52,412 nt of DNA from Piedraia hortae CBS 480.64 (taxonomy: Eukaryota): the NCBI GenBank assembly GCA_010093745.1, contig MU006006.1:62001-114412 (forward strand), read 5' to 3'. The notes under the pieces were generated by a model, which was not told the DNA's origin, did not search any database, and saw only the letters and a program-made list of their open reading frames with translations. Shown here piece after piece: positions 22,325 through 35,380 of this stretch. Position numbers and translations under genes: made by a program. Within the stretch, counting starts at the first letter, position 1. Each line of letters opens with the position of its first letter.

Positions 22325-22729
22325 GCGTAGACACTTTGGGGGGGTGTATTAATAGGCTTTCTTTGTGTAGATGTATGGATGGTTGTGCTGGCTTTTTTAC
22401 GTTCGTGTTGAGAGGGTGGGGTGGGAATGATTCTTGGGTGCATGTTGTTATTCTTTGGAGGGTGTGAGGTATTTCTGGTCTCCACAACAGAGAGCGTCGA
22501 GAGGCCCACAGCGCAACGCGGCCGAGGACTGGTGTCTTCATCTAGCTGGAAATACATTCAACAAGGCCCTTTCTCGGAGGGTACCCTAGCACACGTTGCA
22601 TTGCAGTTCCCTTTATGGAGACATTTACGGCAGGTTGAAGAAAATGCTTCAAATTTAGCGACACAGACCGACTGTATCACTCGGTAAAGGAATCAGGACC
22701 GTTGGAAATTTGAACAAATACAGTTTCAT

Positions 22730-25700
22730 TTAAAAGGTGCCTTTGCCCGTGAAATAGAAAACAGTAAAACCAGTCTCATAGTTGGGAACAATCATTTTTC
22801 GCCCGCACGAGAACCAATCTTCACCGAATCGTGGCTGATCAGGGAGCTTGAGAACCTTCCGACTATTGACAGTGATCCACTGGTCTTCATCTTCATAATC
22901 GCCTTCTAAACCCCAGATTTGTCGGCCATGGAACATCGAAGATGATCTTGTCGAGGCGGAAGAGTCCTCCTGCGTTTGGGGCTGGGCAGCTTTGTTGGCT
23001 ACTAGCCTGTCCACGACAGGCAGGAACGTTGACGACACAAAGCGACCATCGATAAGTATCGAACCACCATAACGGCCCGGATCTATTGTGCGCACAATGC
23101 ACGCCTTTTCAATGTCCCATTCACATATGCCATTCTTGAGGTCATAAACGTAGAGCATCCGACCGTCTGCTGAGAAACATGCCTTAGACGCAAAATGTTT
23201 AGAGCTCAGTACCAGCGGGGTTTGTGACTCCGGTCCCCAAATCCTAATTATGTCATCGATTGATCTCGATGCAAAGTTCTGCCCATCGGGAGAAATCGCT
23301 ATATCATTGACGGATGATGTATGACCCGTGAATTTTTCTCGCAGAACTCCACGTTCCAGATCAACAGCCCATATCTGGCCGTCGTAGAAACCGCAAAGGA
23401 GTGTTTTGTTGTCTGGGGATAACGCAAGAGCTTTAACTTCGCCTGGTCTGTCTTTTAACTCTCTCAGTTCATCTGCATCCATGTTCCAAATCAAAAGCGT
23501 ACTGTTGACTAGGGAGGCAACAACCACGAAACGACTGTCCGATGAGATCAGGATCTGCCTGTAATCGTATGTATAGTCATATATAAGCCTGTGATCTGTT
23601 AACCGCCGTTCGCAAATTCGCGTTTCAATGTTCCAAAGGCTGAGCTGGTTTCCCTGAGTCCATAAGGCGAGTGATCGTCCATCCGTTGACGGTGCTACGA
23701 TAGCGTTGTTAGTCGGATGCTGCGGGCTCTTCAAGGCTAGATCCACGTCCAGCTGTATGATTTGTCCAGTCCAATACCCCGCCCAGATTGTCTTCCCGTC
23801 GGGAGATAAGGTCATGGCTGTGACGCCGCTTCTCAATCGCAGTTCCATCGGCTCTTGTTGCGTTTGTAAGTCGTAGAGATAAAGACTATCCCCGTCACCA
23901 AAAAGAACTTTCTGGCTGTCTGGCGTAACCATGAGAGAATTGACATCAGGAAGATCTTGCAGGATCTGGTCAACTTCGTGGGTGGTGCAGTGAAACACCG
24001 ATATCGTGCTGTTTTCCAAGTGATACGCAACTCTCGTGCCAGAACAAAAGACAACGAACTTGCGGTTTGGCGAAATGGCGATGCTCTCGATATCAGTACC
24101 AACTTGGCATATCCTCTTATGCCCAGCTTGTGGGCTCCATTTCCAGATGTCTGTGGATCCCGACACCAGTGTCTCGCTATCCGACGAGAACGCCATGCAT
24201 TCCACTGAAGAGCTGTGACCCTCAACCACCTGTCCGGCGTTTTTGTCGGCGTCCCAGATGTAAATCTCGCCGCTCTTCAAGCCCCAAGCGGCATATCGGC
24301 CGTTCGGAGAGACGGAAACGCAGTTTGCATTGCTTGGGAGTTCGAGATCAATTCGTCTGGCGTCGTCTTCCAAATTCCACCTCCAATGACTTCCCCGCGA
24401 CGCGGCAATGACCACAATGTCTTCTTCAGGGAACGCCGAGGCGACCTCGTGAACATTGTGATATGGCATTCCAGTTTCCGCACCTTTTTCTTCGGTGCCG
24501 CTTTCAACATCCCATAGTCGCACTGTCCTGTCATTGCCAACGGTCACAAGCCGTCTCCCGTCGATTGAAGGCGTTATCGACAGTATATCATCAGTATGCC
24601 TCCTCAGGGTTTGCAACTCAAAGCCCCAATCAGTCGCGGCTGGCGGCCAAACTTCCATGTCACTTCTGAAGCTGTTTCGTACGATACTGTTGCTCGGCGC
24701 AAAGGCCAGTGCTGAGAGATATGTCTGAAGCGGTGCATCGCTGATCAAATCTCGATTTGCTGGTACCCATCTCAGAGCATCGGCGATAAAGGAGTGTAGT
24801 CTGGGCGATGATTGTGGCTGCTCAGGGTTAGGCATTTTCTTGGCAGACTGAAACAGAGGCAATACATACGCTGATGGCCCTTTGCAGCTGCTTCAGGCAT
24901 ACTATCATTTCCCCAAGCTTGTCCAGCCACGCCATTGCCTCTACCCAATAAAGGAGACACGCGCGTACAAAACGATCTACTTGTCCGCCATCTTCGATTG
25001 CCTCATTGCTATGAATCGCATGGCCGGTCCAGTAGCGGCAGGCGTACTGTACTGACTCGGATATGTGCTTTTCGACATGCTCTGCGGACACATCTATGCG
25101 TTCCGTTGCTGGATCTTTCTGCTTGCAGACATCGCGGCCAAGCTTGTTAGTGAGCAAGTCTAGACATCTCTTTAGGAGGATACCATGAGTCTTGCCTTTG
25201 TCAATTGAGAACTGGAATTTGTCCTTGAGATTGGGATCCACAAGGAAGTCTCTGAAGGATTCATGATAAATCCGCACCGTGGCTCGAGAGCCTGATTTCA
25301 CCTCCTTTTCGCTCGGGAAATCGATTACCGAACTCAAGGGTTTGAGAGCATTCGGAACAACCATGTTATCTCCTTCCCCCAGCAAATCCGTCAGCGCCGG
25401 AATTGAGAGGGGAGCACGCAGAACGGCAATTGGCTCGATGGTTCGCTTGAAGTGGCCGAGCCACTTTGGATCAGCCCTAGAAGCCTGCTCGAGAATGCCT
25501 GAATAGATGCAGTTCAGCCCTTCTGAGCCAGTGAAGTTGAGCCGGTCGACCCATTCCCGAAGCTGCCTTCGTGGATCATTGCTCACTTCTTGGAATATCG
25601 TGGAGGCTGCAATGAACAGTGGCTTTGATATGTCAACAAGTTTGTCGACAACGCTTTCCCCTGGCCAGTCATCCTCGAGCTCGTCATAGCTGGACTCCTT

Positions 25701-27400
25701 CCTGCTTTGCTCTCGAAGCCTTCTCAGTTCATCGTGACAGAACAACCTCAAGTCATCCTCGATAGTACTCGATTGCCAGTGCTCAAGCCTCTCGTGCTGA
25801 AGATCCTTGCGCCCCATCTCGCCGAGCGCATCCCCGACCTTGTTGCCAGACCGGCTCGTCAAGAAAACTCTTAGATTCATGGAGCTTTGTGCACGAAGAC
25901 TCGGCCAAAGAGTCATGGCATGGCCTATCGCTCCCCAGTCCTCGCACTCGTCCAGAGCATCGATGACAATCGCCCTAATATATGTCGCGGAACCCGTCCT
26001 ATACCCTGAAAGCGGCCCTTTGATAAGCGTGTCGAACTGAGTTGTCAGCGGCCTTACATTCACCGGAGGGGAGTCTTTGGAGGCGGCAGCAATCTCGTGG
26101 CTGATGCTGGGTACGAAGTCTGCCATTTGACGGGCAATGGTGGGAAACAGAATGCAAGCGCGGCCCAACTCACCATGGCCACGCTTGAAGAAGAAGCTTC
26201 CCACCAGGTACCCTTGCTTCGCCAGTTCATCGGCAACGGTTAGAGCAATTGTGGACTTGCCCGTTCCGGCCTTTCCAGACAGCCAGAAAACTCTCTGATC
26301 ATTGACTGTGGTCGCCCAGTCCAGGATCTTCTGTCTGATCTGCACCCGGGTACCGTCCAGACATAGCCGCAGCTCGCCAATGTCGTCAGCATTACGATAG
26401 TTTATGGAGTCGTAAGCTGCCCCAGCAGCTGCCTGTAGAGCACTAAGATCCAGCGCTTGTTGATCGCCTTGGACTCCTCGATTGATCTCCTGCTGGGCCT
26501 TCTCCAGCGTGTTCAGCTTTTGGTTGACCCATGCCCGCTGCTTCTCAGAGACCTCGCGATCGACAGCTCTTGCATGATATTCAACCGTCTTCAGCATCCC
26601 ATTGTGATCGGTTTCGAAGTTTGGTATGGCCACACCAGTCAGAGAATGTACAACACGTTCCCACCGGTTCATCTCGCAAGCGTTTCGGGCGTGCGCGACG
26701 AACTTCAGAATGAGGGCGTACAGTTTTACCATGTTGTGATACAAGTTCCCAATCGTGGGCGTGCCATCGAGGCGGCCGTATATGTCAAAGTATACGTTTA
26801 GGAGGTAGCTGGTGTCTAGAGCGATTTCGATGCCCTTTAGGATCGATTCCCCCTGATGATGGACCTTTTGAGCAGTCTACGAAGTGTTACATGGGTTTGC
26901 AGTGACTGAACAGCTTAACAGCAACTTACCATCAACAGAAAGCGAATGCCGGCCCACGGTAGGCTAAGAACCTCTGGTTTAACATTCGTTGCGACGTCAA
27001 CTACTGGCGCAAATTGCAGGATTTGACAGGCAATCTTCCTCATGCTGGCAATCCATTGATTGGGCTTTCTGGTCTGATTTTGACTTCGCAAGGCAAGCAC
27101 TTCAGCTGTGTCTCTTTCATAATCACCATCGGGTTGGAGTTGCTCCTCAACCAACCTGCGGTCGTCAGGTGAAAGACCAACAAGGGCATCAAGCATCATC
27201 TGCCTCCTATCTCGAAACGGGCTGTTTGAAACCATCGGTGGAGGCAAAGACTGGACAGGCGCATTTTGTAGCTGCAAGGGCTGTGAAGGCAGAGCAATGG
27301 AAGCGGAGGCCCGCGACGTGGAGTTGAGTGAAGCGGCAATTTGCGATTGTGAGGTCTGCCATGCTCCATCCAATTTTCTGCGCTTCGACTCTGCCGGCAT
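22730..27400 (-). CDS. NACHT-WD40 (NWD/HET-E-like fungal NLR) protein with helical N-terminal domain, ~1521 aa, 3 exons
   Basis: Exons 27400-26930, 26876-24870 and 24817-22730 join in frame across GT-AG introns 26929-26877 and 24869-24818. Walker A GKAGTGKST, Walker B IVIDALDEC, HESFRDFL, YACRYW, and many WD40 repeats. Start codon inferred. Confidence 0.9.
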
Positions 27401-28635
27401 TCTGGGCGTGGAGAAGCGGTGACAATGTCGATGGAGAAAGCCGTTGCAAGGCTTCGCCCCCAAGGCTGAGGGCTGATGAGGCGGGGTAAGAGTGGCGTGC
27501 ATGCATTTTACGCCATGGCCAAGCTCCGGCGTCTTGCAGCATCTGGCGCCTGGTTTCGAAGCAAGTTGTGGCAAGTGTAAAACATTGGAGATTTGGTACA
27601 TATAACCTTGAGGCGATCCAATAAGCCAGGGAAAGTCATAGAGCGCCTAACTCTCCGCAGATGAGTGCCAGCTGATGGAAGCATTCCCTATTAAATTGTA
27701 TAATTGCGAAATTACCATAATGTGAGTTGTCTATGGAGACCTGCACAGAAGGACACCTGGGTGGACCGTCCAACTTTAAGCTGGGAATTAGAATACAACT
27801 GGTGGTGTGTTCCTGTGATATGATATATTTGTGTAACATCACAGTTCGCAACCCCTCTTAGCTGGAGGATTCCGTGCACAGCCTCCCATGTCACCCTGCT
27901 GGACGGTAGACCGCTTTCTCTAAACGTTAAAAATCCTTGCATCTAATCCCGACCCTTATTTTTATCTAGCTAAAAACCAAAGGCCTCATTATGCATGGTG
28001 GGACGCCCGATTCTCTGCCATAAGCGCGACGAGTATTTGAATATGTCGTCGATTCTCGTTGAAATTTGGAGTCAAAACGTATGTAGTGGGACCCTCTATA
28101 GATGGTCAGCCCTAAGTACATGAAGTTAATAGTCTACCCACTGAATACAACGATTTTATTACTAGCGTGTCTATATCAGCCTAGTCCTCCGCTTCGGCCA
28201 ATCATACAGTGCCTTGCTTTGCCTATGGGAAAGAGAAAGTGATAGTTAAATCTGTGTGCCAGGACTGCCCCACATTTCGGCACGAGGCGGACCGCATCCG
28301 CCGCATTCGGTAGAAATCCAGGTAGCACAAGCGCCTTACACCTCCAACATACATCTGACAAACTACCATGGATGTTGTTGTTGCATGCTTGTGAGTAAGC
28401 GACTTGGAAGGACCTCAATATCTCGAGTTTCATAGCTATCGGACTCGATACTGGGCGCAAAAGCCAGACCACTCCTTGACGTCTCAATTCAATTTGCAAC
28501 ATCCTCGAACACGCAACGACGACCAGTTTCTATGGCTGGTATTACAAGTGACCTATCTCCAAGTGAGATCCTTTTCTAAGCAAGCGTGCCCAGCATGTTG
28601 CACTGTTCCGGTGAATTATACCAGTTACCCATGTT

Positions 28636-29799
28636 CTACTCAGTAAGGGCACGAACGCCACCAGATGTGATTTCAAAGTTCACAGACGCCTCGTGACACC
28701 AAGCACTAAAGACTATTTTCATAGTTCTTTTCGTCGTTCCATTGCTAGCAAGACCCTTAAGTAAAGCGATTCGCGTGCCGAGCTGATTTGTCCACGCCAG
28801 GCCTAGACATGGCGTCTTGAGGCTAATCAAACTTGTGCCATCGCCCCATCCAGTGTCGAAACATTGTTGATGGTCTAATGAGATCGGATCATCTGTTGAG
28901 AAGCAAATGCTGTCTGCGCTAGACGTCGTGGAGTGAGGTGTTTGTTGGGGTTTCTCGAAGCGATCGATGACCTGATTTGCAACAATAACTGCGACATTGT
29001 TCTCGCGAGCCATCTTTCTGAGAAAGGCGCTCAAGTCCGTCACACTGCGATTTCTTCTTGCTAGACCTTCAACCTTGTCCTGGCTTTTATCAAACTCTGA
29101 GCGATAATTTGCTGCGACACTGTCAATGACGATCAAGCCAATATCATGCCGTTTGATAACGACAGGAACTTGATATCGAAGTATGTGTTCTTGTGCTTCT
29201 AGGTCATGGACATGTGTGCTTTGCACCCGGCTAAGGGAAGGCTTGTATTCGTCTGCATTCAGGTGGGCAAGGTAAGGGTGGAAGCGCAGAATCTGCGCAA
29301 GTCGTGCAGTTTGTAGTGGTGCTTCGGTGGAGATGTAGAGGGAATCCTTCCCCAACCCGTGGGGTGGAGGCAACTGTGCCGACAGCAGAAGAGTCATGAG
29401 AAATTGAGTCTTGCCCGTTGCACTTTTTTCCACCTGTCTTTAAGCGATTCGAGGGTGGCAATGTTGGGGAGATTAGGCTTACCTTTCACCGACAAGCTCG
29501 GTAATATGACCAACAGATATACCCCCACCAAGTGCGGAGTCTAGAGTAGAGTCAAGCGTACTGATTGATCCAGTCGGCGTTTCAGGGTGGCAAAATTTGT
29601 TATTATTCTCAAAGGCAGATATTACAGCCGCCGTAAGTCCTTTGACGTCAGCAACAGGAACATGAGCACGTTTAGCTACAGCATCGCCGTCAAGAGTGAG
29701 CAGTTCTGTGATGGATATGTGTGCGTTCTCTAATGAGGGCAAGATTTGGCTGAACGGCGCATTATCGAAAGTGGGAAGAACAGCAAGAAGATCAGTCAT
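28636..29799 (-). CDS. RAD57: Rad51 paralogue Rad57/XRCC3
   Basis: MTDLLAVLP N-terminus, ISTLDSTLDSALGGGI, Walker A GESATGKTQF (across intron 29482-29423), LYISTE, IVIDSVAANYR, VANQV. Confidence 0.9.
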
Positions 29800-30339
29800 G
29801 ATTCGGCCCGAGCATACCCAGTCATGTAGGAGATGATTCCGATTCGAACTACACACATCACACGAAGCAAAATTGACCGATCAGTGTGCGAAATTTGTGA
29901 CAGGTGTGACGTATGACAGTGTCTAGAAGGGCCGGAACGGGCCGAAGGCAGAAGGATAGGAGGGAGGTTTGAGGGGGAGAGGGGATCTTGGGGGACGGAC
30001 GAACGTTATCACAAGTGGATGAGCGGCTTGTCACGACGTGGGTGTGACGTCAGCGGGGACACTGGCCAGCAACCCTTGCAACCCTAATCAATGTAGACAA
30101 CGTTCAGTAGTCTATCTTGCGTTTGTGATGTTGACATGAGCCAAAATTCAGCGAGCGCTCAGCTTCTTAGCCTAGGGCCAATGCTGTACTGGGTGATGAT
30201 GAAAATCTTATGACATCATCTCTCGGTTCATGTGCTGACCGAGGCTGGACAAGCTCCAGATCTAAGTAGCGAGAGGGCGGTGTGAGGGGTAATCCCAGTA
30301 TGATGGTCCTGACTCCCATAGCTGATGATACTATGAACC

Positions 30340-32510
30340 ATGGGATCAACATTTAGATCACAAGATAGTCTACCTAAACTCCCCATTCCCGATCTCAGGA
30401 ATACCTGTGCGCGATACCTTGCAGCCCTGAGGCCACTGCAGGATGACATTGAGCACGCCGAAAGTGAACAAGCAGTATCTGAATTTCTTGCCAGTGAAGG
30501 CCCGGAGTTACAGAATAAACTCAAGCAATATGCTACAGGCCAAAGTAGCTACATTGAACAATTTTGTCAGTCCCTAAGTTTTGCGTTCGTGGACCATCTA
30601 ATTTAGACAAAGGGCATGACTTATATTTGAACTATGACGACCCCGTCGTTCTCAACCTCAACCCGTTCTTCTTATTGGAAGATGACCCAACTCCCGCACG
30701 CAACAATCAAGTCACGCGAGCGGCATCGCTGGTTATATCTGCTTTGTCTTTTGTAAGAGCACTGAGGAAGGAAGAGCTCCCCCCAGATTCGATTCGCGGC
30801 ACTCCATTGTGCATGTACCAATATACACGCATGTTTGGGACTGCCCGGATTCCCACGGATCACGGTTGCTTCATCTCACAGGCTCCGGATGCCACTCACA
30901 TCGTGGTCCTCTGCCGGGGGCAGTTTTACTATTTTGATGTACTAAATTCCTCCAACGATATTATCATGTCCGAAAAGGATGTATCACGAAATTTGGAAGC
31001 AATTGTTGACGACGCAGCGCAGACGCCCATCTTCTCCCTAGCAAAGGGAGCGTTGGGGGTGCTCAGCACCGAAAATCGTAAAACCTGGTCACGTCTTCGA
31101 GGCGTCATGAGCGGTGCTTCCGGTTCCCACAACGACTCATACCTACAGATAATTGACTCTGCCCTCTTCATCCTCTGTCTTGATCATACAGAGCCTCAGA
31201 CGCAGTCGGAACTCTGCATGAATATGCTCTGCGGCACTTCCGTGATAGACCGGGGTGTTCAAGTCGGAACATGCACTAATCGCTGGTACGACAAGCTTCA
31301 GATCATAGTCTGTGCGAACGGCAGCGCAGGCATCAACTTCGAACACACTGGTGTGGACGGACATACCGTGTTGCGCTTCGCCTCAGACGTTTATACCGAC
31401 ACGATCCTGCGATTCGCCAAAAGCATCAATGGACAAGCCCCATCACTCTGGGCATCGACTTCCCCGCCCAATCCATCCACAAAAGGACTGGGCCTCATCC
31501 CCCGCAAGCTCGAATGGGAAAAATCCCCGGAGCTTCTCACGGCCCTGCGCTTCGCCGAAACACGTCTAGCGGATCTGATCCAACAGAACGAGTTTGCTAC
31601 ACTCGACCTCCTCGCATACGGGAAATCCTTTATCACATCCATGGGTTTCTCCCCAGACGCTTACGTGCAGATGGCGTTCCAAGCAGCATACTATGGGATG
31701 TATGGGCGAGTAGAATCTGTCTACGAGCCCGCCATGACAAAGACTTTCTACCACAGCAGGACTGAGGCCATTCGTTCCGTCACGCTAGAGAGCGTTGATT
31801 TCGTCAAGACCTTCTGGGCGGAGCTTCCAAGCCCCGAGGACAAGGTAGCTGCGCTCAAGCGGGCGTGCGAGAAACACGTCAAGACGACTCGCATGTGCGC
31901 CAAGGCGGAGGGTTTCGAAAGGCATCTCTACGCGTTATACTGTCTTTGGAGGAGGGAGGTTGGCGATGCGCTTCATGGTGGTGTGTCACCGCTGCAGCCA
32001 AAAATCTTTGCAGATTCAGGCTGGAGTACACTTTCGACGACGATTCTGTCGACTTCAAACTGTGGCAATCCCTCCCTGAGGCATTTTGGCTTTGGGCCGA
32101 CATCATCTCAGGGTTTTGGGATTGGGTATATTATCAAAGACAATTCGGTATCCATTTGCGCGAGTAGTAAGCATAGGCAGACGAAGAGGTTTGTAGATGC
32201 GTTGGAAGAGTGCTTTCTCGAGATGAGGAGATTGTTGAGAATGGCCACTGGAGGGAGCGTTGCCAAAGGAAGGGGCCTAGTAAAGGTTCTGACGGGGCTT
32301 CCTGTAGCCGATCACAAGGCGGAAATGCATGAAGAAAAGGTAGAGCACAATCATGATGAAGAGGATGACGAGGAGGACGAGGGAATGGGTGGATGTAAGT
32401 TGCTTCAAATGATCAATCGCGATGTACGGATGCTGACGCATTTTCTAGATGGGTTCTTCGATGCAGGGATTTTGTTGCAGGTTCTGAAGGGGAAAAGTGC
32501 AGAAAAGTAA
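30340..32510 (+). CDS. YAT1: Carnitine acetyltransferase (Yat1/FacC type)
   Basis: QDSLPKLPIPDL, NRWYDKLQIIV, FEHTGVDGHTV, LSTSNCGNPSLRHFGFGP. Introns 30566-30612 and 32395-32448. Confidence 0.92.
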
Positions 32511-35380
32511 CTACCTACCTCTGTTAAGGCTGTTGATGTAAGGATGACGTCTCATATTCTGGACAATATGCTTTAGTGGGTAAGAATCATTCTCAGTCTA
32601 CCAAGATGCCATAAATCGCTCAACGCGGTCAGGATGGTGTGGCTAGCGGGCGCAGCTCACATCAAATCAGATATGTAGGTCTTGCAGATTTAGCGGCAGT
32701 CTTTGGGGATAAGGTTAGGGAGCCAAAGCAATTCTGGAAGATATCAGTCTCCCAGGTCTCGGAAAGCTCTTCCGCAGATTTAAGATCTTTGCACGTGCAA
32801 AGCACCGCCTTCAAAATTTCCCAGAGGCCGCGCCATTCACCGCCATGGCATGACTATGGTATCCGTGTCTCACAAGTAGTATTCCAGTGTTTGAATCGTG
32901 CGTGATGCCGAGTAGCCTCTGACTTGCGGCACCACAGATCACCTGACTCATTAAAACATAAAGGTTGGAGAGCTAGTTCCAGATACTGGTGTCTTAGCAG
33001 TGGGTTCAGGAGAAGGTGAGGACGACTTAGGAATAACCTGCGAGTTAACTTTCCAAACATAGATCCAGTGAGGAGCTGCGAGGTATCTCACAGCGCTTTT
33101 CGCCCCTGCTAACTCTTGAAAATGGAAGTCACACTTATATGTGATGTGTACTCAAATAATATAAGCCTTAGTTAGGACTAGTCTAACCAGAGCCATATCG
33201 TAGTGATCTTACTGACTCATTAGCCTTGATAGAGTTTGCATATATTAACTCCAGCGTGTGAAACTGTGGATATGGAAGCAGGCTCATAAGCTTGGACTGA
33301 ATTTGTGGTTCCAGAGCTAGTAACGCTGGAAATGTGCGTTGGGTAATGTACTCAATGATCAGGAAACAAACGCTGATCAAGTGAGGTTTGACCCCTTTTT
33401 AACATTGAAAGGTGCAGGGCAGGTATACGCGCTCAGCAAATCAACGTGCTGTGAGATTTGAGCTCCGTACCTGGACGAAGCAAGAGTTACAGGAATTTGA
33501 ACAAACTATCGCGGTGAGACGTGCTAGCTGGGCAGGTGGGTGCTCGAGTTGTGAGATTCTTGGCATAGGCGTTTGAGTGGTTGGTCAATCTTTATCGCAG
33601 AGATTGCACGCCACTCATAACGGCCAAGCTAGACGTCAACTGCTAGGTCGGAATACTTACTCCGCGACTGCTGACATCGACATGATGGCGAGTCGATCGA
33701 TGGCCTATCACTGTTGTGGGTTGCCAAATGCAAGTTTGTCTGGCCCCAGGATGGCGATACGAAACACGTGTGAAAATTTGGGGGCCAAAGTACGGAAAGC
33801 CCACCTGAGTAGTCAATATCTGCAGTGACGCATCCGTACTTCTTTCAAGATGTGAATCCTCCAGCGAGCTGAAGAGCGAAAGCTAGAATGGTAGCCGATG
33901 GGTTAATTGTAACCCAGTGGGTACAGTATGTTGCTATTGGCATGCCAAGTCTGCAGCAAAACAACTGGCAATTGCTGACGTTGAAGGCGCTCGAGTTATT
34001 CAAAAGGAGTGACGACATTCGCTCGGACCATGATGTCAACGTCGGCCACATTGCCGCACACCACTCCCGACAGCCGCTGACCAAGAACACGCAGCAATGA
34101 CGCAGCTATTAGCTCATGCACATGCAAATGCAGGCGTACAATCAGGATCGAGGATCGTTATTAGCAGTAGCCGAGCCCTGTGAAACAACCCAAGTACAGA
34201 TAACTGTCGCACAATGCGGATCTGGTTCTGCAGTTTTGTTTTCCCAGCCATTAAACACTGTGCTCTAGGTGGTACAAACCATCGCGGACGCATGTTCAGC
34301 AACGCGATGCTGTCCAGTTTAGACTCACGCTAGTGCCCGACTGACCACAGGATGCGTTAGCTACGAAAACTTTGCATGTTCCATGCTTTGTACCATCCTA
34401 TCCACCTCAGGAAAGCCGCTCGAACTGGCGAAGGTAATTGCGCTCAACAAGGAGTGTCACTCACGCACAGGCTTTGTTAAGAATTCATATCCAAGAAAAC
34501 AAAGAGTTCCTGAAGGCTTCGGGAACGGTGCCATTCCTTTAGCAGACCGTTATCAAGACCGTATTCGACATGCATGGCAGTGACCGAATGAGATCTCTGC
34601 ATTGGGGGCACGTCTTTGCGGTGGCAAACCCAGTGAGCTAATAACAAGATCCCTTGCCATGTTGACCTGCTTCACCACTTTCAAGCCACCAAAAGCAGTT
34701 TGGACGATAGCCACAAGCTGCGCAGCCACCCCGTAAAATCAGAATTGCGTGCAGCATGTGGAATCTAGGATACCACCGGCTCAAGCATCCGCAATCCGGT
34801 TGACATATCCGGGAAATCGAGTCTTTTTCATGCAGATGAGAGGACGAGTCAAACGGGACTTCCACCTTTATTGGCCGTAGAGCCTTGAACATTTACGTAA
34901 AAGTTCATTTGCAAAGGAACTCGGCGCTTGGGTGCTGACCAATTGAGTCTCTAGCTACTGCTCTGCTGGGATCCTGCGCCAGCAACTGGGTTCTTTGATA
35001 TATGCTCAGATTGTAAAGATGTTTGAGAGGGGCATGTGCTCGCCGTAGCCAATTCGAGAACTTAAGGCCCGAACGGCCTACGGAGTCATACGACCGGTTT
35101 CGGCATCTCTGCAACTGCTCAAAAGGAGTTAGCTTGTGGTTCACGGCGGTGAGCCCGCGCGTTTGGTATCTTCCAGAAGAAGGTTCCATAGGACGTTGAC
35201 AACACATCCAGCTGCATGGACGATGGAACGCCGCACCTGTGGAGTAGATCTTTAATTAGCAACTGCAATGGCATTGATGGGTTCTTTTTTCCAGCGTTGT
35301 ACTGATCTGCTGACCACGACTTGAGCTCGATGAAGACATTTCTAGCTCCGAGGCCCAACTAATGACGGACAGTCGCAATA

